A stretch of DNA of 64,000 bases from Patescibacteria group bacterium (GCA_028699085.1 JAQVVF010000002.1:132557-196556), one strand, 5' to 3'; counted from the first letter of the stretch, positions 29,988-39,107 are shown. The notes: generated from the letters alone by a model not told the origin. Translations and numbers: made by a program.

Positions 29988-30713
29988 TTAAACTATCACG
30001 TAAGTCTTATAAAACTCATCGTCTTTCTTAACAAATTGCACTTCAAAATCCAAATCCATCTTTTTTACATCAGCCATAATTTTCTTAAATTCCTGATCAC
30101 TAATTTCGTATTTATTCTTGAACAATTCTGCCCTTCCAGTTGCTTTAAACTGAAAAACTCTCCATTTATAAATATATTTTGGTAAAATATTAGCTAATTT
30201 TATTATACAATCTTTGTTCAATTGTGTCACGACTGTCGAAATCACAATCTTTAATTTTCGGTATTCCTCCAACCATTCTAAAATCTCCAAAACTTTTTCA
30301 AACACACCTCGTTTACGAATTATCATATTAGTATCCTCATCACATCCATCAATTGGTAAATTAATCTGATCCAAAAATTTTGCCAACATTTCCAGCTTTT
30401 CCTTTGTTAATAATAATCCGTTAGTATGCAAAATTGTATAAAATCCTTGCTTTTTAGCATATTGAATCAAATCTATAATATCTTTTCTTGTCAAAGGCTC
30501 TCCTCCAGTAAAAACGATTTTTTCCACTCCTTGCATTTTGAATTGATCAATCATTTTCCTAGCTTGATTAGTATTCAAATCATCGACTCTCTGTTCTGGA
30601 CCAAAACAAAATTCACATTTTAAATTGCATTTGCTTGTCACATTCCAAACAATAATTTTTTTGTCTATTTTTTTCATTTGCTTAAAATTAGCATTAAAAT
30701 AATCAAATTTCAA
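29988..30713 (-). CDS. small radical SAM enzyme (QueE / NrdG / PflA-activase-like)
   Basis: CNLKCEFC (CxxxCxxC), FTGGEPL, LHTNG; 241 aa with no auxiliary domains; exact subfamily not assignable from sequence alone. Confidence 0.7.
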   Translation of the reverse strand: MKFDYFNANFKQMKKIDKKIIVWNVTSKCNLKCEFCFGPEQRVDDLNTNQARKMIDQFKMQGVEKIVFTGGEPLTRKDIIDLIQYAKKQGFYTILHTNGLLLTKEKLEMLAKFLDQINLPIDGCDEDTNMIIRKRGVFEKVLEILEWLEEYRKLKIVISTVVTQLNKDCIIKLANILPKYIYKWRVFQFKATGRAELFKNKYEISDQEFKKIMADVKKMDLDFEVQFVKKDDEFYKTYVIV

Positions 30714-30775
30714 GCCTCTACAAATAAAAACAGACCTTCTGTCAAGTCTGCTTTTTATATAAATTTTATTGAATA

Positions 30776-32383
30776 TTACATCTTCGTCTTCTTTTCAATT
30801 CCCATCAAATTCATTGTCTCTCCCAAAACAGTTCTCGTTGCTTCAACCAATCCTATTCTTACTTTCGTTAATTCCTCATCTTCAGTCAAAACTCTGCACT
30901 TTTCATAAAAATTGTGGAATTTATCTGCAATCGCAATTGCAAAAAAAGGTAATCTTTGCACTTCATAGCTCTTTGCAACTTCAAAAACCACTTCTGGAAA
31001 TTTTAATAACATCTTAACCAACTCAAATTCTGCCTTTCTTTCTTCGTCTGCCGAAGTTTCAGAGAAAACGGATATTTTTTCAGTTTTCACTTCTGTTTTT
31101 TCTAAAATACTTGAAAGTCTAGCATAAGCATATTGAACATAATAAACGGGATTTTTCTTTGATTGTTCTTTTGCCAAATCCAAATTAAAATCCATATGTG
31201 TTTCAACTGCCTTCATCAAAAAGAAAAATCTTGTCGCATCTAATCCAACTTCAGAAACAAGCCAGTCTAAATTTACCACTGTTCCCGCTCTCTTTGACAT
31301 TTTTACTTCTTTCCCGCCAGATATTAATCTAACGAGTTGCGTAATCACAATTTTCAAATCTCCACCTCGATCCATGGCCTTAATTGCTGCCTGCATTCTA
31401 CCCATATAGCCATGATGATCTGCTCCCCAAACATCAACTAATTTATCAAAACCTCGATCAAATTTGTTCCAATGATAAATAATATCTGAGAAAAAATAAG
31501 TTTGCTCGCCAGTATTTCGAATTAATACTCTATCTTTATCATCGCCAAATTTCGTTGTCTTCATCCAAAGAGCATCATCTTTTTTATAAGTTAAGCCCAT
31601 TGTTTCTAACCACTTGATCAATTTCTCTCGAGCTCCCAATGTATATAAACCTTGCTCTGACATCCAGACATCATAATGAATTCCTAAATCTTTTTCAATA
31701 AATTTACGATTAGCTAATTGAATTTTTTCCGCTAATTGAAAACCAGCATCACCCAATTGAGTTGTTTTCCAATATTCTGCTGATCCACTTAATTCTTCAA
31801 TCAATTTCTTTACAAAATCAGTTTTGTATGGATTTTCTTTTCCATGCAAAATTTCACCTAAAGTTTTGATTTGTTTAGAATCTTTAGCATCATTAATATA
31901 AAATTCTCGAGTCACATCAAATCCAGCTTTTTTTAAAACATTAGACAGAACATCTCCATAAAAAGCGCCTCTACCATGACCAACATGTAATTTACCAGTT
32001 GGATTAGCTGAAATAAATTCTACATTTATTTTATTTCTCTTTTCAATTCTTCCTTGTCCATATTTTTCTTTTACTTCCAAAATAGTATTTAACTCATTAA
32101 TTAAATATTTTTCCGATAATTTAAAATTAATAAATCCAGGCTTTACAAAAGTTATTTCTTTATAATCTTCGCTTAATTTTTTAATATCTAATTTTTTTAC
32201 AATTTCTTCTGCAACAATCATTGGATTTTTCTTCTCAATCTTTGCTAAAACCATTGCCACACTACTTGAATAATCACCAAACTCTTCATTTTGTGGCTGT
32301 AAAATAACAATTTCTTTTGGCAAAGAAAAACCAGCCTCTTTGATAGCCGCTTCTAAATTTTTTCTAATCTTATCCTTAATCAT
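30776..32383 (-). CDS. argS: arginyl-tRNA synthetase
   Basis: ISANPTGKLHVGHGRGA (HVGH), C-terminal DALR anticodon-binding region YYVQYAYARLSSIL; 535 aa. Confidence 0.95.
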   Translation of the reverse strand: MIKDKIRKNLEAAIKEAGFSLPKEIVILQPQNEEFGDYSSSVAMVLAKIEKKNPMIVAEEIVKKLDIKKLSEDYKEITFVKPGFINFKLSEKYLINELNTILEVKEKYGQGRIEKRNKINVEFISANPTGKLHVGHGRGAFYGDVLSNVLKKAGFDVTREFYINDAKDSKQIKTLGEILHGKENPYKTDFVKKLIEELSGSAEYWKTTQLGDAGFQLAEKIQLANRKFIEKDLGIHYDVWMSEQGLYTLGAREKLIKWLETMGLTYKKDDALWMKTTKFGDDKDRVLIRNTGEQTYFFSDIIYHWNKFDRGFDKLVDVWGADHHGYMGRMQAAIKAMDRGGDLKIVITQLVRLISGGKEVKMSKRAGTVVNLDWLVSEVGLDATRFFFLMKAVETHMDFNLDLAKEQSKKNPVYYVQYAYARLSSILEKTEVKTEKISVFSETSADEERKAEFELVKMLLKFPEVVFEVAKSYEVQRLPFFAIAIADKFHNFYEKCRVLTEDEELTKVRIGLVEATRTVLGETMNLMGIEKKTKM

Positions 32384-32400
32384 AATATTCTATTAGCAAT

Positions 32401-32847
32401 TTAAATTATCATCTCTGCCCTCTCAATCATTTCAATTTCATTTTCCATCCAATCTAATCTGTTTTTCAAAACCATCTTCTTCGCTTCATTAATTTCTACC
32501 CACAAAACTTCATCGTGTTCTTTGATAAAATCATTTTGCTCTCCATTAATCACAGTAAATAAAAAATAGTTAGTTACTTTTTTTATTGTCGTATCATTTC
32601 TTTCAAATTCCGAATTCAAAAAACCTAAATAACTTTCTAATTTAATTCTGTAACCTGTTTCTTCAATTACTTCTCTTACTGCCGTCTGTTCTAAAGTCTC
32701 ACCATTTTCCACTGTTCCTTTCGGTAGATGATAAGTATCAGTATTATTTCTATGAAGTAAGATGATCTCAATTTTATTATCTAATTTCCTATAAACAATT
32801 CCTCCGCTAGAAACATGAAAAGGAATCTCTCTTGAACCCTTCAACAT
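32401..32847 (-). CDS. NUDIX hydrolase
   Basis: Nudix box GTVENGETLEQTAVREVIEETG. Confidence 0.8.
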   Translation of the reverse strand: MLKGSREIPFHVSSGGIVYRKLDNKIEIILLHRNNTDTYHLPKGTVENGETLEQTAVREVIEETGYRIKLESYLGFLNSEFERNDTTIKKVTNYFLFTVINGEQNDFIKEHDEVLWVEINEAKKMVLKNRLDWMENEIEMIERAEMII

Positions 32848-32993
32848 AACTAAAAACCTAATAAATAAATAACTAGTTTATTAAATTATAGCAAGATTTT
32901 TCAAAAATGAAAGCCAAAAAACAAAAACCTTGACCAATTAACATTTTTATGTAATACTATAAAATCTGTAGCTCCCCAAAGAAGGAGGAAGAG

Positions 32994-33830
32994 TTGATAG
33001 ACGAAAAACACGTTCTTTCACAAGTTCAAACACTTTTTAATGGCAAAGTGAAATATCTTCATCTTGGCTGTCCAAATGATTTTCATCCCAAAAGCAATGG
33101 ATTCAAAGATAGAATGAATCAAGTGCTTGCAATTCTTGGACATCACGAAAATACACTGATTGCTCCAAGAGTTCAATTCACCAATATTATTGCAACCCAG
33201 CAACCCGGTGCCTTTGTTTTCGAAGAAGACAATGGACTCTGGCGAACTTCTGCAGGAGCCGATGGAGTACTTATTCATAATACTGCTCCTGTTGCCATCT
33301 TTAATGCCGATTGTCACGTTGGAATTCTCTATCATCACAAAACCCATCGTTTTGCTTTGATTCATCTTGGCCTAAAATGCTTTTACCGCGAAGATGGATC
33401 ACCGAACATCATCACTCAAGCGATCACTTCTCTTGACGTTTCTGCTCGTGAACTCGAATTCTGGGCTGGAGCAGGAATCGGTCCATGCTGTAATGGCTAT
33501 GACCACTCAGATCCTAAAAACGCTGAATTGGGCAAAAAGCTGAATCAAAAATTTGGTTATGAGGATTTGCCTGTCGTTGGTTACAGATATAAAGATAAAT
33601 ATTGTCATATAACTGGATTTGTCACCAATGGACCAAGAATCGGTCAAATTTCTTATGACAACGGAAGCATGATCTCTAGAATTGGAATTAATCATCCTGG
33701 CATGATGGTAGAACTTGATCCAGGCTGTACTAGCTGTCAAGGACGTGAACAATTTCCTGATCGTCCACAATTTTGGTCAAATGTCCGCGGACACAAAGAA
33801 AGAAACCTCTTCCTTTGCTGGCTCGCCTGA
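32994..33830 (+). CDS. YfiH/PgeF (DUF152, LACC1-like purine nucleoside enzyme) family protein
   Basis: NADCHV (ADC motif), IHLGLK, GIGPCCNGYD (GPxIxxCCYEV-like) align with DUF152 conserved Cys/His; TTG start with strong SD GAAGGAGGAAGAG; apparently higher GC than neighbours. Confidence 0.5.
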   Translation: MIDEKHVLSQVQTLFNGKVKYLHLGCPNDFHPKSNGFKDRMNQVLAILGHHENTLIAPRVQFTNIIATQQPGAFVFEEDNGLWRTSAGADGVLIHNTAPVAIFNADCHVGILYHHKTHRFALIHLGLKCFYREDGSPNIITQAITSLDVSARELEFWAGAGIGPCCNGYDHSDPKNAELGKKLNQKFGYEDLPVVGYRYKDKYCHITGFVTNGPRIGQISYDNGSMISRIGINHPGMMVELDPGCTSCQGREQFPDRPQFWSNVRGHKERNLFLCWLA

Positions 33831-33840
33831 TCTTTCAATA

Positions 33841-33865
33841 CGCTAGTTATCTAGCGTTTTTTATT
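33841..33865 (+). terminator. rho-independent terminator
   Basis: ACGCTAGttatCTAGCGT followed by TTTTTTA. Confidence 0.65.
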
Positions 33866-34010
33866 TGGATTTACATTTTATACCCAATAGGTCCGACCTT
33901 TTACTTTAAAACACAATCATTTCTTTCTAATTAAGATTTTATTAATCCAAATTACAACAACTTTTTAAAAGGTCAAACCTCCTCAGATATTTCATTTGGA
34001 TTTACATTTT
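33864..34010 (+). repeat. 17-nt direct repeat ATTTGGATTTACATTTT (33864-33880 and 33994-34010) with a partial inverted copy between them (TAATCCAAAT ~33946)
   Basis: Exact 17-nt copies 130 bp apart in the smpB upstream region. Confidence 0.5.
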
Positions 34011-34091
34011 TTAACATATATAATATAGTTAGTAATAATTTTAATTTTGAATTGTAATTTTTCATTTTGATTTTTGCATTTTAAATTTACT

Positions 34092-34556
34092 ATGATTTTA
34101 GCCACTAATAAAAAAGCCTATCATGACTATAATATTCTTGAAAAATTAGAGGCTGGCTTAAAATTAGAAGGACAAGAAGTAAAATCTGCCAAACAAAAAA
34201 ATATTAGCTTAAAAGGCGCTTATGTTACAATTAACTATTCCAGTAGAAATCATAGCCCAGAAGCTTGGCTTTTAAATGCCCATATTTCACCTTATAAATA
34301 TGCTGGCAAACTAAAATCTTACGAGCCAACTAGATCTAGAAAGTTGCTTCTAAATAAAAATGAAATATTAAGACTTATTGGCTTAAAAAAGCAAAAGGGC
34401 TTGACATTTATCCCTATTTCAGTTTATACTAAAAAGGGATTAGTGAAACTTTTACTTGGCATTTGCCGCGGCAAGAAATTATACGACAAACGACAAGATA
34501 TCAAAAAAAGAGAAAGTCAAAGAGAAACCCAACGTCTTTTCCGTTCGAAATCGTAG
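34092..34556 (+). CDS. smpB: SsrA-binding protein SmpB
   Basis: ILATNKKAYHDYNILEKLEAGLKLEGQEVKS...RKLLLNKNEILRL...KGLTFIPISVYTKKGLVKLLLGICRGKKLYDKRQDIKKRESQRE; start refined to ATG 34092 (the track's 34074 start is a TTG). Confidence 0.9.
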   Translation: MILATNKKAYHDYNILEKLEAGLKLEGQEVKSAKQKNISLKGAYVTINYSSRNHSPEAWLLNAHISPYKYAGKLKSYEPTRSRKLLLNKNEILRLIGLKKQKGLTFIPISVYTKKGLVKLLLGICRGKKLYDKRQDIKKRESQRETQRLFRSKS

Positions 34557-34595
34557 ACGCATAGGTTTGGAAATTGGAATTTGTATTTTGTTTGG

Positions 34596-35142
34596 TTATT
34601 GATTATTGGTTATTTCTTTCCACGGGGGGTGTCAAGCTTCGCTAAAGAGCGTAGTTTAAAAAATTCATGTAGAGTCGCAAGATACTCTCTAAACTTCTTG
34701 CATATTATAAGTGCAAACTTATTATCAAAGGTTTCTGAAAAAGTAAAAGCTTTTGCTCAATCTTTTTCATTTCAACCTTCAACTGTAATCGCTTAATACC
34801 CGATTACCATCCATCCCGCTAGATTCGTGTGTGGGAATTGGGTGTCATTTTACGAACGTAGATTATCTCTCGCCTTAGAGATAATTGAAAATTATAATGG
34901 CTTTGAGTAATAAATATTTTTTTGGTTTAAAGTTTATTATTCGAGACAACCAAAACCAGATAAACTTGTAAAAGTTTTTTAAGCAAACTTTTTACACATG
35001 GGTGCAATTCCCATCACCTCCACCATCTGAACAAAATAATCAATAATCAATTTCCAAATAATATTCAATAATCAATAACCAAATTTCAAACTTTTTAATT
35101 ATTGATAATTGGTTATTTACTGATTATTGATTATTGGTTATT
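34596..35142 (+). repeat. exact 19-nt direct repeat TTATTGATTATTGGTTATT flanking ssrA (34596-34614 and 35124-35142) plus inverted partial copies (35035-35050, 35067-35084, 35097-35118)
   Basis: Read directly from the sequence; family of TTATTGATTATTGG-like units on both strands around the tmRNA gene. Confidence 0.55.
34625..35025 (+). ncRNA. ssrA: tmRNA (ssrA), one-piece
   Basis: 5' acceptor strand GGGGGTG pairs with 3' CACCTCC (G3:U70) followed by encoded ACCA; T-arm ATGGGTGCAATTCCCAT resembles GGTTCGAnTCC; lies directly downstream of smpB. Candidate tag frame GCT(34749) TTT GCT CAA TCT TTT TCA TTT CAA CCT TCA ACT GTA ATC GCT TAA (34794-34796) gives (A)FAQSFSFQPSTVIA, preceded by an A-rich stretch as in E. 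coli. Confidence 0.8.
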
Positions 35143-35168
35143 AGCCAATATTAGAAGAAATTTTATTA

Positions 35169-35729
35169 ATTAAACCCAAACGTATAAAATATAGATCACA
35201 TTACAAAAGATTCAATCCAAGAAAATTTAAAAGAACTTGGGTTAATGAAGAAATTAGATTACCGCAAGTTGCAGTAATTGATGAAACTGGCAAAAGTCTA
35301 GGAATTCTACCAACTTACAAAGCTATTTCACTAGCAAGAGAAAGAGGCTTTGATCTTGTAGAAGTAGCGCCAGATGTTCATCCTCCAGTCTGTAAATTTT
35401 TAGATTTTGGTAAATATAAATACCAGAAAGAAAAGCAAGAACAGCAACAAAAGAAAAAAGCTAAAAAAGTTGAAATCAAAGGTGTTCGAATCTCACCAAG
35501 AATTTCTGATAATGATCTAGAATTTAAAGCTAAACAAGCTGATAAATTTCTAAGTGATGGCGACAAAGTCAGAATCGAAATAGTCATCAAGGGACGCGAA
35601 AATGCTCACATGGACTTAGTTAATGCAACACTACACCGATTTGTTGATACCATGAAAACTAAGATTAAAGTTGAGCAACAGCCAAAGAGACAAAGACTAG
35701 GTATGGCTATGGTTGTTGCAAAAGCTTAA
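35169..35729 (+). CDS. infC: translation initiation factor IF-3 with non-AUG start (AUU 35169; alternative in-frame AUA 35148 / AUU 35160)
   Basis: Hand translation: (M)KPKRIKYRSHYKRFNPRKFKRTWVNEEIRLPQVAVIDETGKSLGILPTYKAISLARERGFDLVEVAPDVHPPVCKFLDFGKYKYQKEK...RENAHMDLVNATLHRFVDTMKTKIKVEQQPKRQRLGMAMVVAKA aligns with E. coli IF3; the frame opens after TAG at 35142 with no in-frame ATG near the N-terminus; followed by rpmI-rplT. Confidence 0.8.
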   Translation: MKPKRIKYRSHYKRFNPRKFKRTWVNEEIRLPQVAVIDETGKSLGILPTYKAISLARERGFDLVEVAPDVHPPVCKFLDFGKYKYQKEKQEQQQKKKAKKVEIKGVRISPRISDNDLEFKAKQADKFLSDGDKVRIEIVIKGRENAHMDLVNATLHRFVDTMKTKIKVEQQPKRQRLGMAMVVAKA

Positions 35730-35814
35730 AAACCTTGCCAAAAAGCAAGCATTGTGATAACCTACGAAAGACAAGGTGTTTTATTTTTATTATTTTAGAA
35801 TATTATTCAAACAG

Positions 35815-36012
35815 ATGCCTAAACTAAAAACTCATAAATCTACATCAAAAAGATTTTGGAAAACTGGAACAAACAAATTCGCTCAAAGAACTCCAAATCA
35901 AGATCACTTTAATGCAAGAGAAAAAGGTACTGATTCTCGTGCTAAAAAATCTGATAAACTAGTTTTTGCTGGCAATATCAGCCACATCAAAAAATCATTA
36001 CCTTACGTATAA
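35815..36012 (+). CDS. rpmI: 50S ribosomal protein L35
   Basis: MPKLKTHKSTSKRFWKTGTNKFAQRT...; the track ORF carries a spurious N-terminal extension from 35776. Confidence 0.9.
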   Translation: MPKLKTHKSTSKRFWKTGTNKFAQRTPNQDHFNAREKGTDSRAKKSDKLVFAGNISHIKKSLPYV

Positions 36013-36049
36013 ATAAATTTTTAATTTTTAATTTTTTATATTTTAAACA

Positions 36050-36394
36050 ATGCCAAGAGTTAAAAGAGGAACAATAGCTAACAAAAGACGCAAAAAGATT
36101 CTAAAACGCACTAAAGGATATATTACTGGCCGATCAAAAAAATATCGAGCTGCTAAAGAAGCTTATCTTCATGCACAACGATATGCTTTTCGTGACCGCA
36201 AAAAAAAGAAAGCTGATTTTAGACAAGTTTGGATTATCAGACTTAATGCAGCTTTAAAACAATATGATCTATCTTACAGTAAATTTATCTTTGCTTTAAA
36301 GAAACACAAAATTGAATTAGACCGCAAAGTCCTAGCTGATTTAGCTGTTAATCATACTGAAACATTCAAAAAAATTGTTGAAACTGTAAAATAA
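36050..36394 (+). CDS. rplT: 50S ribosomal protein L20
   Basis: MPRVKRGTIANKRRKKILKRTKGYITGRSKKYRAAKEAYLHAQRYAFRDRKKKK... Confidence 0.95.
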   Translation: MPRVKRGTIANKRRKKILKRTKGYITGRSKKYRAAKEAYLHAQRYAFRDRKKKKADFRQVWIIRLNAALKQYDLSYSKFIFALKKHKIELDRKVLADLAVNHTETFKKIVETVK

Positions 36395-36412
36395 TAGACT
36401 TATTAAAAAATT

Positions 36413-36513
36413 AAAGGGGTAAAAAAATATTTTTTATGAATGATGCATGTCCAAAGTTCCGCTTTAGTGGAACAAGTTACAGAATGAATAAAAAATAATT
36501 TTTTACCCCTTTT
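36413..36513 (+). repeat. long-range inverted repeat (AAAGGGGTAAAAAA / TTTTTTACCCCTTT) enclosing a 20-codon mini-ORF and an inner hairpin
   Basis: Arms 36413-36426 and 36500-36513; inner ATG 36436...TAA 36498 encodes MNDACPKFRFSGTSYRMNKK; inner hairpin GTTCCgctttagtGGAAC (36456-36473). Confidence 0.4.
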
Positions 36514-36528
36514 AAAATAAGCAAAATT

Positions 36529-37476
36529 ATGACAATTGAACAAATTTACAAATTATCAATCGAGCTTGGTATAAAAGCAGATCTTCGAAACAAAGAAGAT
36601 ATTAAACGAGTTTTATCCGATGCCAAAAAAGAATATCAGGATTTACCAAAATCTGAAAAAGAATATTTTGATAAAGACAAATTTTTTAATCCATATTCGG
36701 ATACTAGAATTCAAATTGACAAACCAAATAAAAAAATTAAGAAAATTTTAACAGGAATTGATATAGATAGCGCTGAAATATTGTTAGCAGATAAACTAAA
36801 GGTAGATTTAATCATCGCTCATCATCCTGTTGGCAAATCACTTGCTGATGGACTAGAAGATGTCATGAAAATGCAAGCTGATATTTTAGCCGACTATGGT
36901 GTTCCAATCAATATTGCTGAAAAACTAATTGAAAAAAGAATTACTGAAGTATCTCAAAAAGTTAAACCAGCTAATCATTATCAATCAGTTGATACTGCTA
37001 AACTTCTAAATATTGGTCTTATGAACACCCATACAGTTTGCGATAATTTGGCAGCAAAATTCTTAAAAGAATTCTTCGAAAAAGAAAAACCTTATAATGT
37101 CGAAGAAGCTTTGCATTGTTTATTGAAAATTCCTGAATATAAACAAGCCAAAAAAATGGGCTTTGGACCATTTGTCATTGTCGGCAGTCCAAAACATCGC
37201 TTAGGAAAAATTGCAATTACAGAAATAACTGGCGGTACTGAAGGATCTAAGCAAATTTATGAAAAGATGGCCCAAGTTGGCATAGGTACAACTATAGCCA
37301 TGCATTTATCCGAAGAACATCGACAAGAAGCTGAAAAAGCAAATATAAATGTCATTGTTGCTGGACATATCTCATCAGATTCGCTAGGTATGAATTTATT
37401 CTTAGACAAACTAGAACAAAAAGGCATTGAAATAATTCCTTGTTCTGGCCTAATCAGAGTCAAAAGAAAAAAATAA
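36529..37476 (+). CDS. Nif3-like dinuclear metal-centre protein (GTP cyclohydrolase I type 2 homolog family)
   Basis: LIIAHHPVG and C-terminal VIVAGHISSDSLG His-rich metal-site motifs typical of the NIF3/YqfO family; 315 aa. Confidence 0.5.
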   Translation: MTIEQIYKLSIELGIKADLRNKEDIKRVLSDAKKEYQDLPKSEKEYFDKDKFFNPYSDTRIQIDKPNKKIKKILTGIDIDSAEILLADKLKVDLIIAHHPVGKSLADGLEDVMKMQADILADYGVPINIAEKLIEKRITEVSQKVKPANHYQSVDTAKLLNIGLMNTHTVCDNLAAKFLKEFFEKEKPYNVEEALHCLLKIPEYKQAKKMGFGPFVIVGSPKHRLGKIAITEITGGTEGSKQIYEKMAQVGIGTTIAMHLSEEHRQEAEKANINVIVAGHISSDSLGMNLFLDKLEQKGIEIIPCSGLIRVKRKK

Positions 37477-37502
37477 TTTATTGCTTACAATTGTCACCTA
37501 AA

Positions 37503-37576
37503 TAAAAAAGACGGAATAATTCGTCTTTTTTTTGTTATTTAGTTATTTACCTGCCTGCCAAAAGGCAGGTAATTTT
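37503..37576. terminator. bidirectional terminator region (two hairpins)
   Basis: GACGGAATaaTTCGTC followed by TTTTTTTT (plus strand; A-run upstream serves the minus strand), and TTACCTGCCtgccaaaaGGCAGGTAA followed by TTTT; lies between convergent genes 36529-37476 and 37583-39070. Confidence 0.55.
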
Positions 37577-37582
37577 GTTATT

Positions 37583-39070
37583 CTAGATATGCGCCTTGCA
37601 CCATGTTACCTTTTTCGCCCATTTCTTTTTCAATGATTTATAATACTTATATTTCTTAGAACCTTCATTATATTTATTCATTAATTTCTTATATTTTGCC
37701 ACATTATCTTTATATACCTGCAGAGATGCTTTTGAACAAAATTTATAGCTCAAGGCTTTGCCTGCATTCAAACGGCCATTTCCATATTCAAATTTACTAT
37801 AATTAGTCATTCCTTTATATGCTGTTCTCTTAATTGCTTTTTTAACCTGAGAAAATGATTTTCCTTTTGAAAATAATAAAGCTGCTACTCCGGCTACATG
37901 CGGAGTTGCCATTGATGTTCCTTGATATAATTGCAGAGAAAACTTTTTATAACTCGTAGTTGGATCAGTATAAGTTTGTTGCAAAATACCATCAAGATAG
38001 CCATCACTATTAAGATCAGCATAAGTATCTCCTCCGGGTGCCATAATATCTAGATGATCGCCATAATTTGAATAATAAGTTCTGATATCAGCGTAATCAG
38101 TTGCACCAACAGAAAAAGATTCCTTATAAGCAGCTGGATAAGCTAACGATGAATCGCCTGTTGTATCAATCCCATCGCCATACGGCCAAGGCCTTTTTCC
38201 ATTGCCAGCAGCAACTGTTACTAATATTCCTTGATCAGTTGCTGTTTGAATTGCTTCTTCAACAACTGCAACAGGGTATTGAAATTCTAAACTCATTGTT
38301 ATTACATTCGCACCGTGATTAATCGCCCAATAAATTCCATCTGCAACATTAGAAGATAATGTACTGCCGTTTGAATAAAAAACATCAACTGGAATTATTG
38401 AAATATTTGGCGCAACTCCAGCAACACCTTTTGAATTATTAGTGCTTTGCGCAATTGTTCCAGCAACATGTGTTCCATGCCCATAATCATCATTGGCATG
38501 ATAACTAACAGTACCATAATAATCAATTGCATTATTATATGGATAAACAAATTTAGTATCCGCTAAATCAGGAGCTTTTGCATACTGACCATATTTTTCA
38601 TATGCTACGCCAGTATCAATAATCGCTACCTTTACGCCGCTTTTTCCTTTTGTTTTTCCCCAAACTTTTTCCATATTTAAATGGTTGTCATCAAAATTCC
38701 ATTGTACTGGATAATAAGGATCATTTGGCGTCCAAGATAATTTTCCTTCGTAATTTGGATGCGCATATTTTACGTTAGAATCATTTCTAAGCAAGACCAA
38801 AAGTTCTTCAACTGATCTATTAGCTGGAACCTGCAAAACAGTATAACCATTGCCTTTCTTTTTAACAATAATTCCATAATTAGCACTCAAGCTTTCTGTA
38901 ACATTTTTAAAAGAATTTTTTTTAAATTTAACCACAACCTCGTCAGGTTTATAACCTAAAACACTTTCTTGACTTTTCACTGGCTTTGAATCATAAAGAC
39001 CGACCAAAAAAGTAATCAAAATAACGATGCACAAAGTTCCTAAGACGCCTGTCCTTTTCAAAATATTCAT
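37583..39070 (-). CDS. secreted S8 subtilisin-like serine protease with Lys-rich C-terminal tail
   Basis: Catalytic triad regions VAIIDTGV (Asp), HGTHVAGTIA (His), GTSMATPHVAGVAALL (Ser); N-terminal signal/TM; C-terminus YKKLMNKYNEGSKKYKYYKSLKKKWAKK. Confidence 0.85.
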   Translation of the reverse strand: MNILKRTGVLGTLCIVILITFLVGLYDSKPVKSQESVLGYKPDEVVVKFKKNSFKNVTESLSANYGIIVKKKGNGYTVLQVPANRSVEELLVLLRNDSNVKYAHPNYEGKLSWTPNDPYYPVQWNFDDNHLNMEKVWGKTKGKSGVKVAIIDTGVAYEKYGQYAKAPDLADTKFVYPYNNAIDYYGTVSYHANDDYGHGTHVAGTIAQSTNNSKGVAGVAPNISIIPVDVFYSNGSTLSSNVADGIYWAINHGANVITMSLEFQYPVAVVEEAIQTATDQGILVTVAAGNGKRPWPYGDGIDTTGDSSLAYPAAYKESFSVGATDYADIRTYYSNYGDHLDIMAPGGDTYADLNSDGYLDGILQQTYTDPTTSYKKFSLQLYQGTSMATPHVAGVAALLFSKGKSFSQVKKAIKRTAYKGMTNYSKFEYGNGRLNAGKALSYKFCSKASLQVYKDNVAKYKKLMNKYNEGSKKYKYYKSLKKKWAKKVTWCKAHI

Positions 39071-39107
39071 ATTGTTTTTTTATTTTTAAAAAATTTAATA
39101 TTTTTAT

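Noticed and set aside
34581-34796. 71-aa ORF in the track (MYFVWLLIIGYFFPRGVSSFAKERS...QPSTVIA)
   Set aside because: Lies entirely inside the tmRNA gene. Its 3' part is the tmRNA tag reading frame, and its 5' part overlaps the tRNA-like acceptor domain, so it is not a protein-coding gene.
35378-35590. 70-aa minus-strand ORF
   Set aside because: Antisense to the strongly supported infC coding region; no start context; AT-rich spurious ORF.
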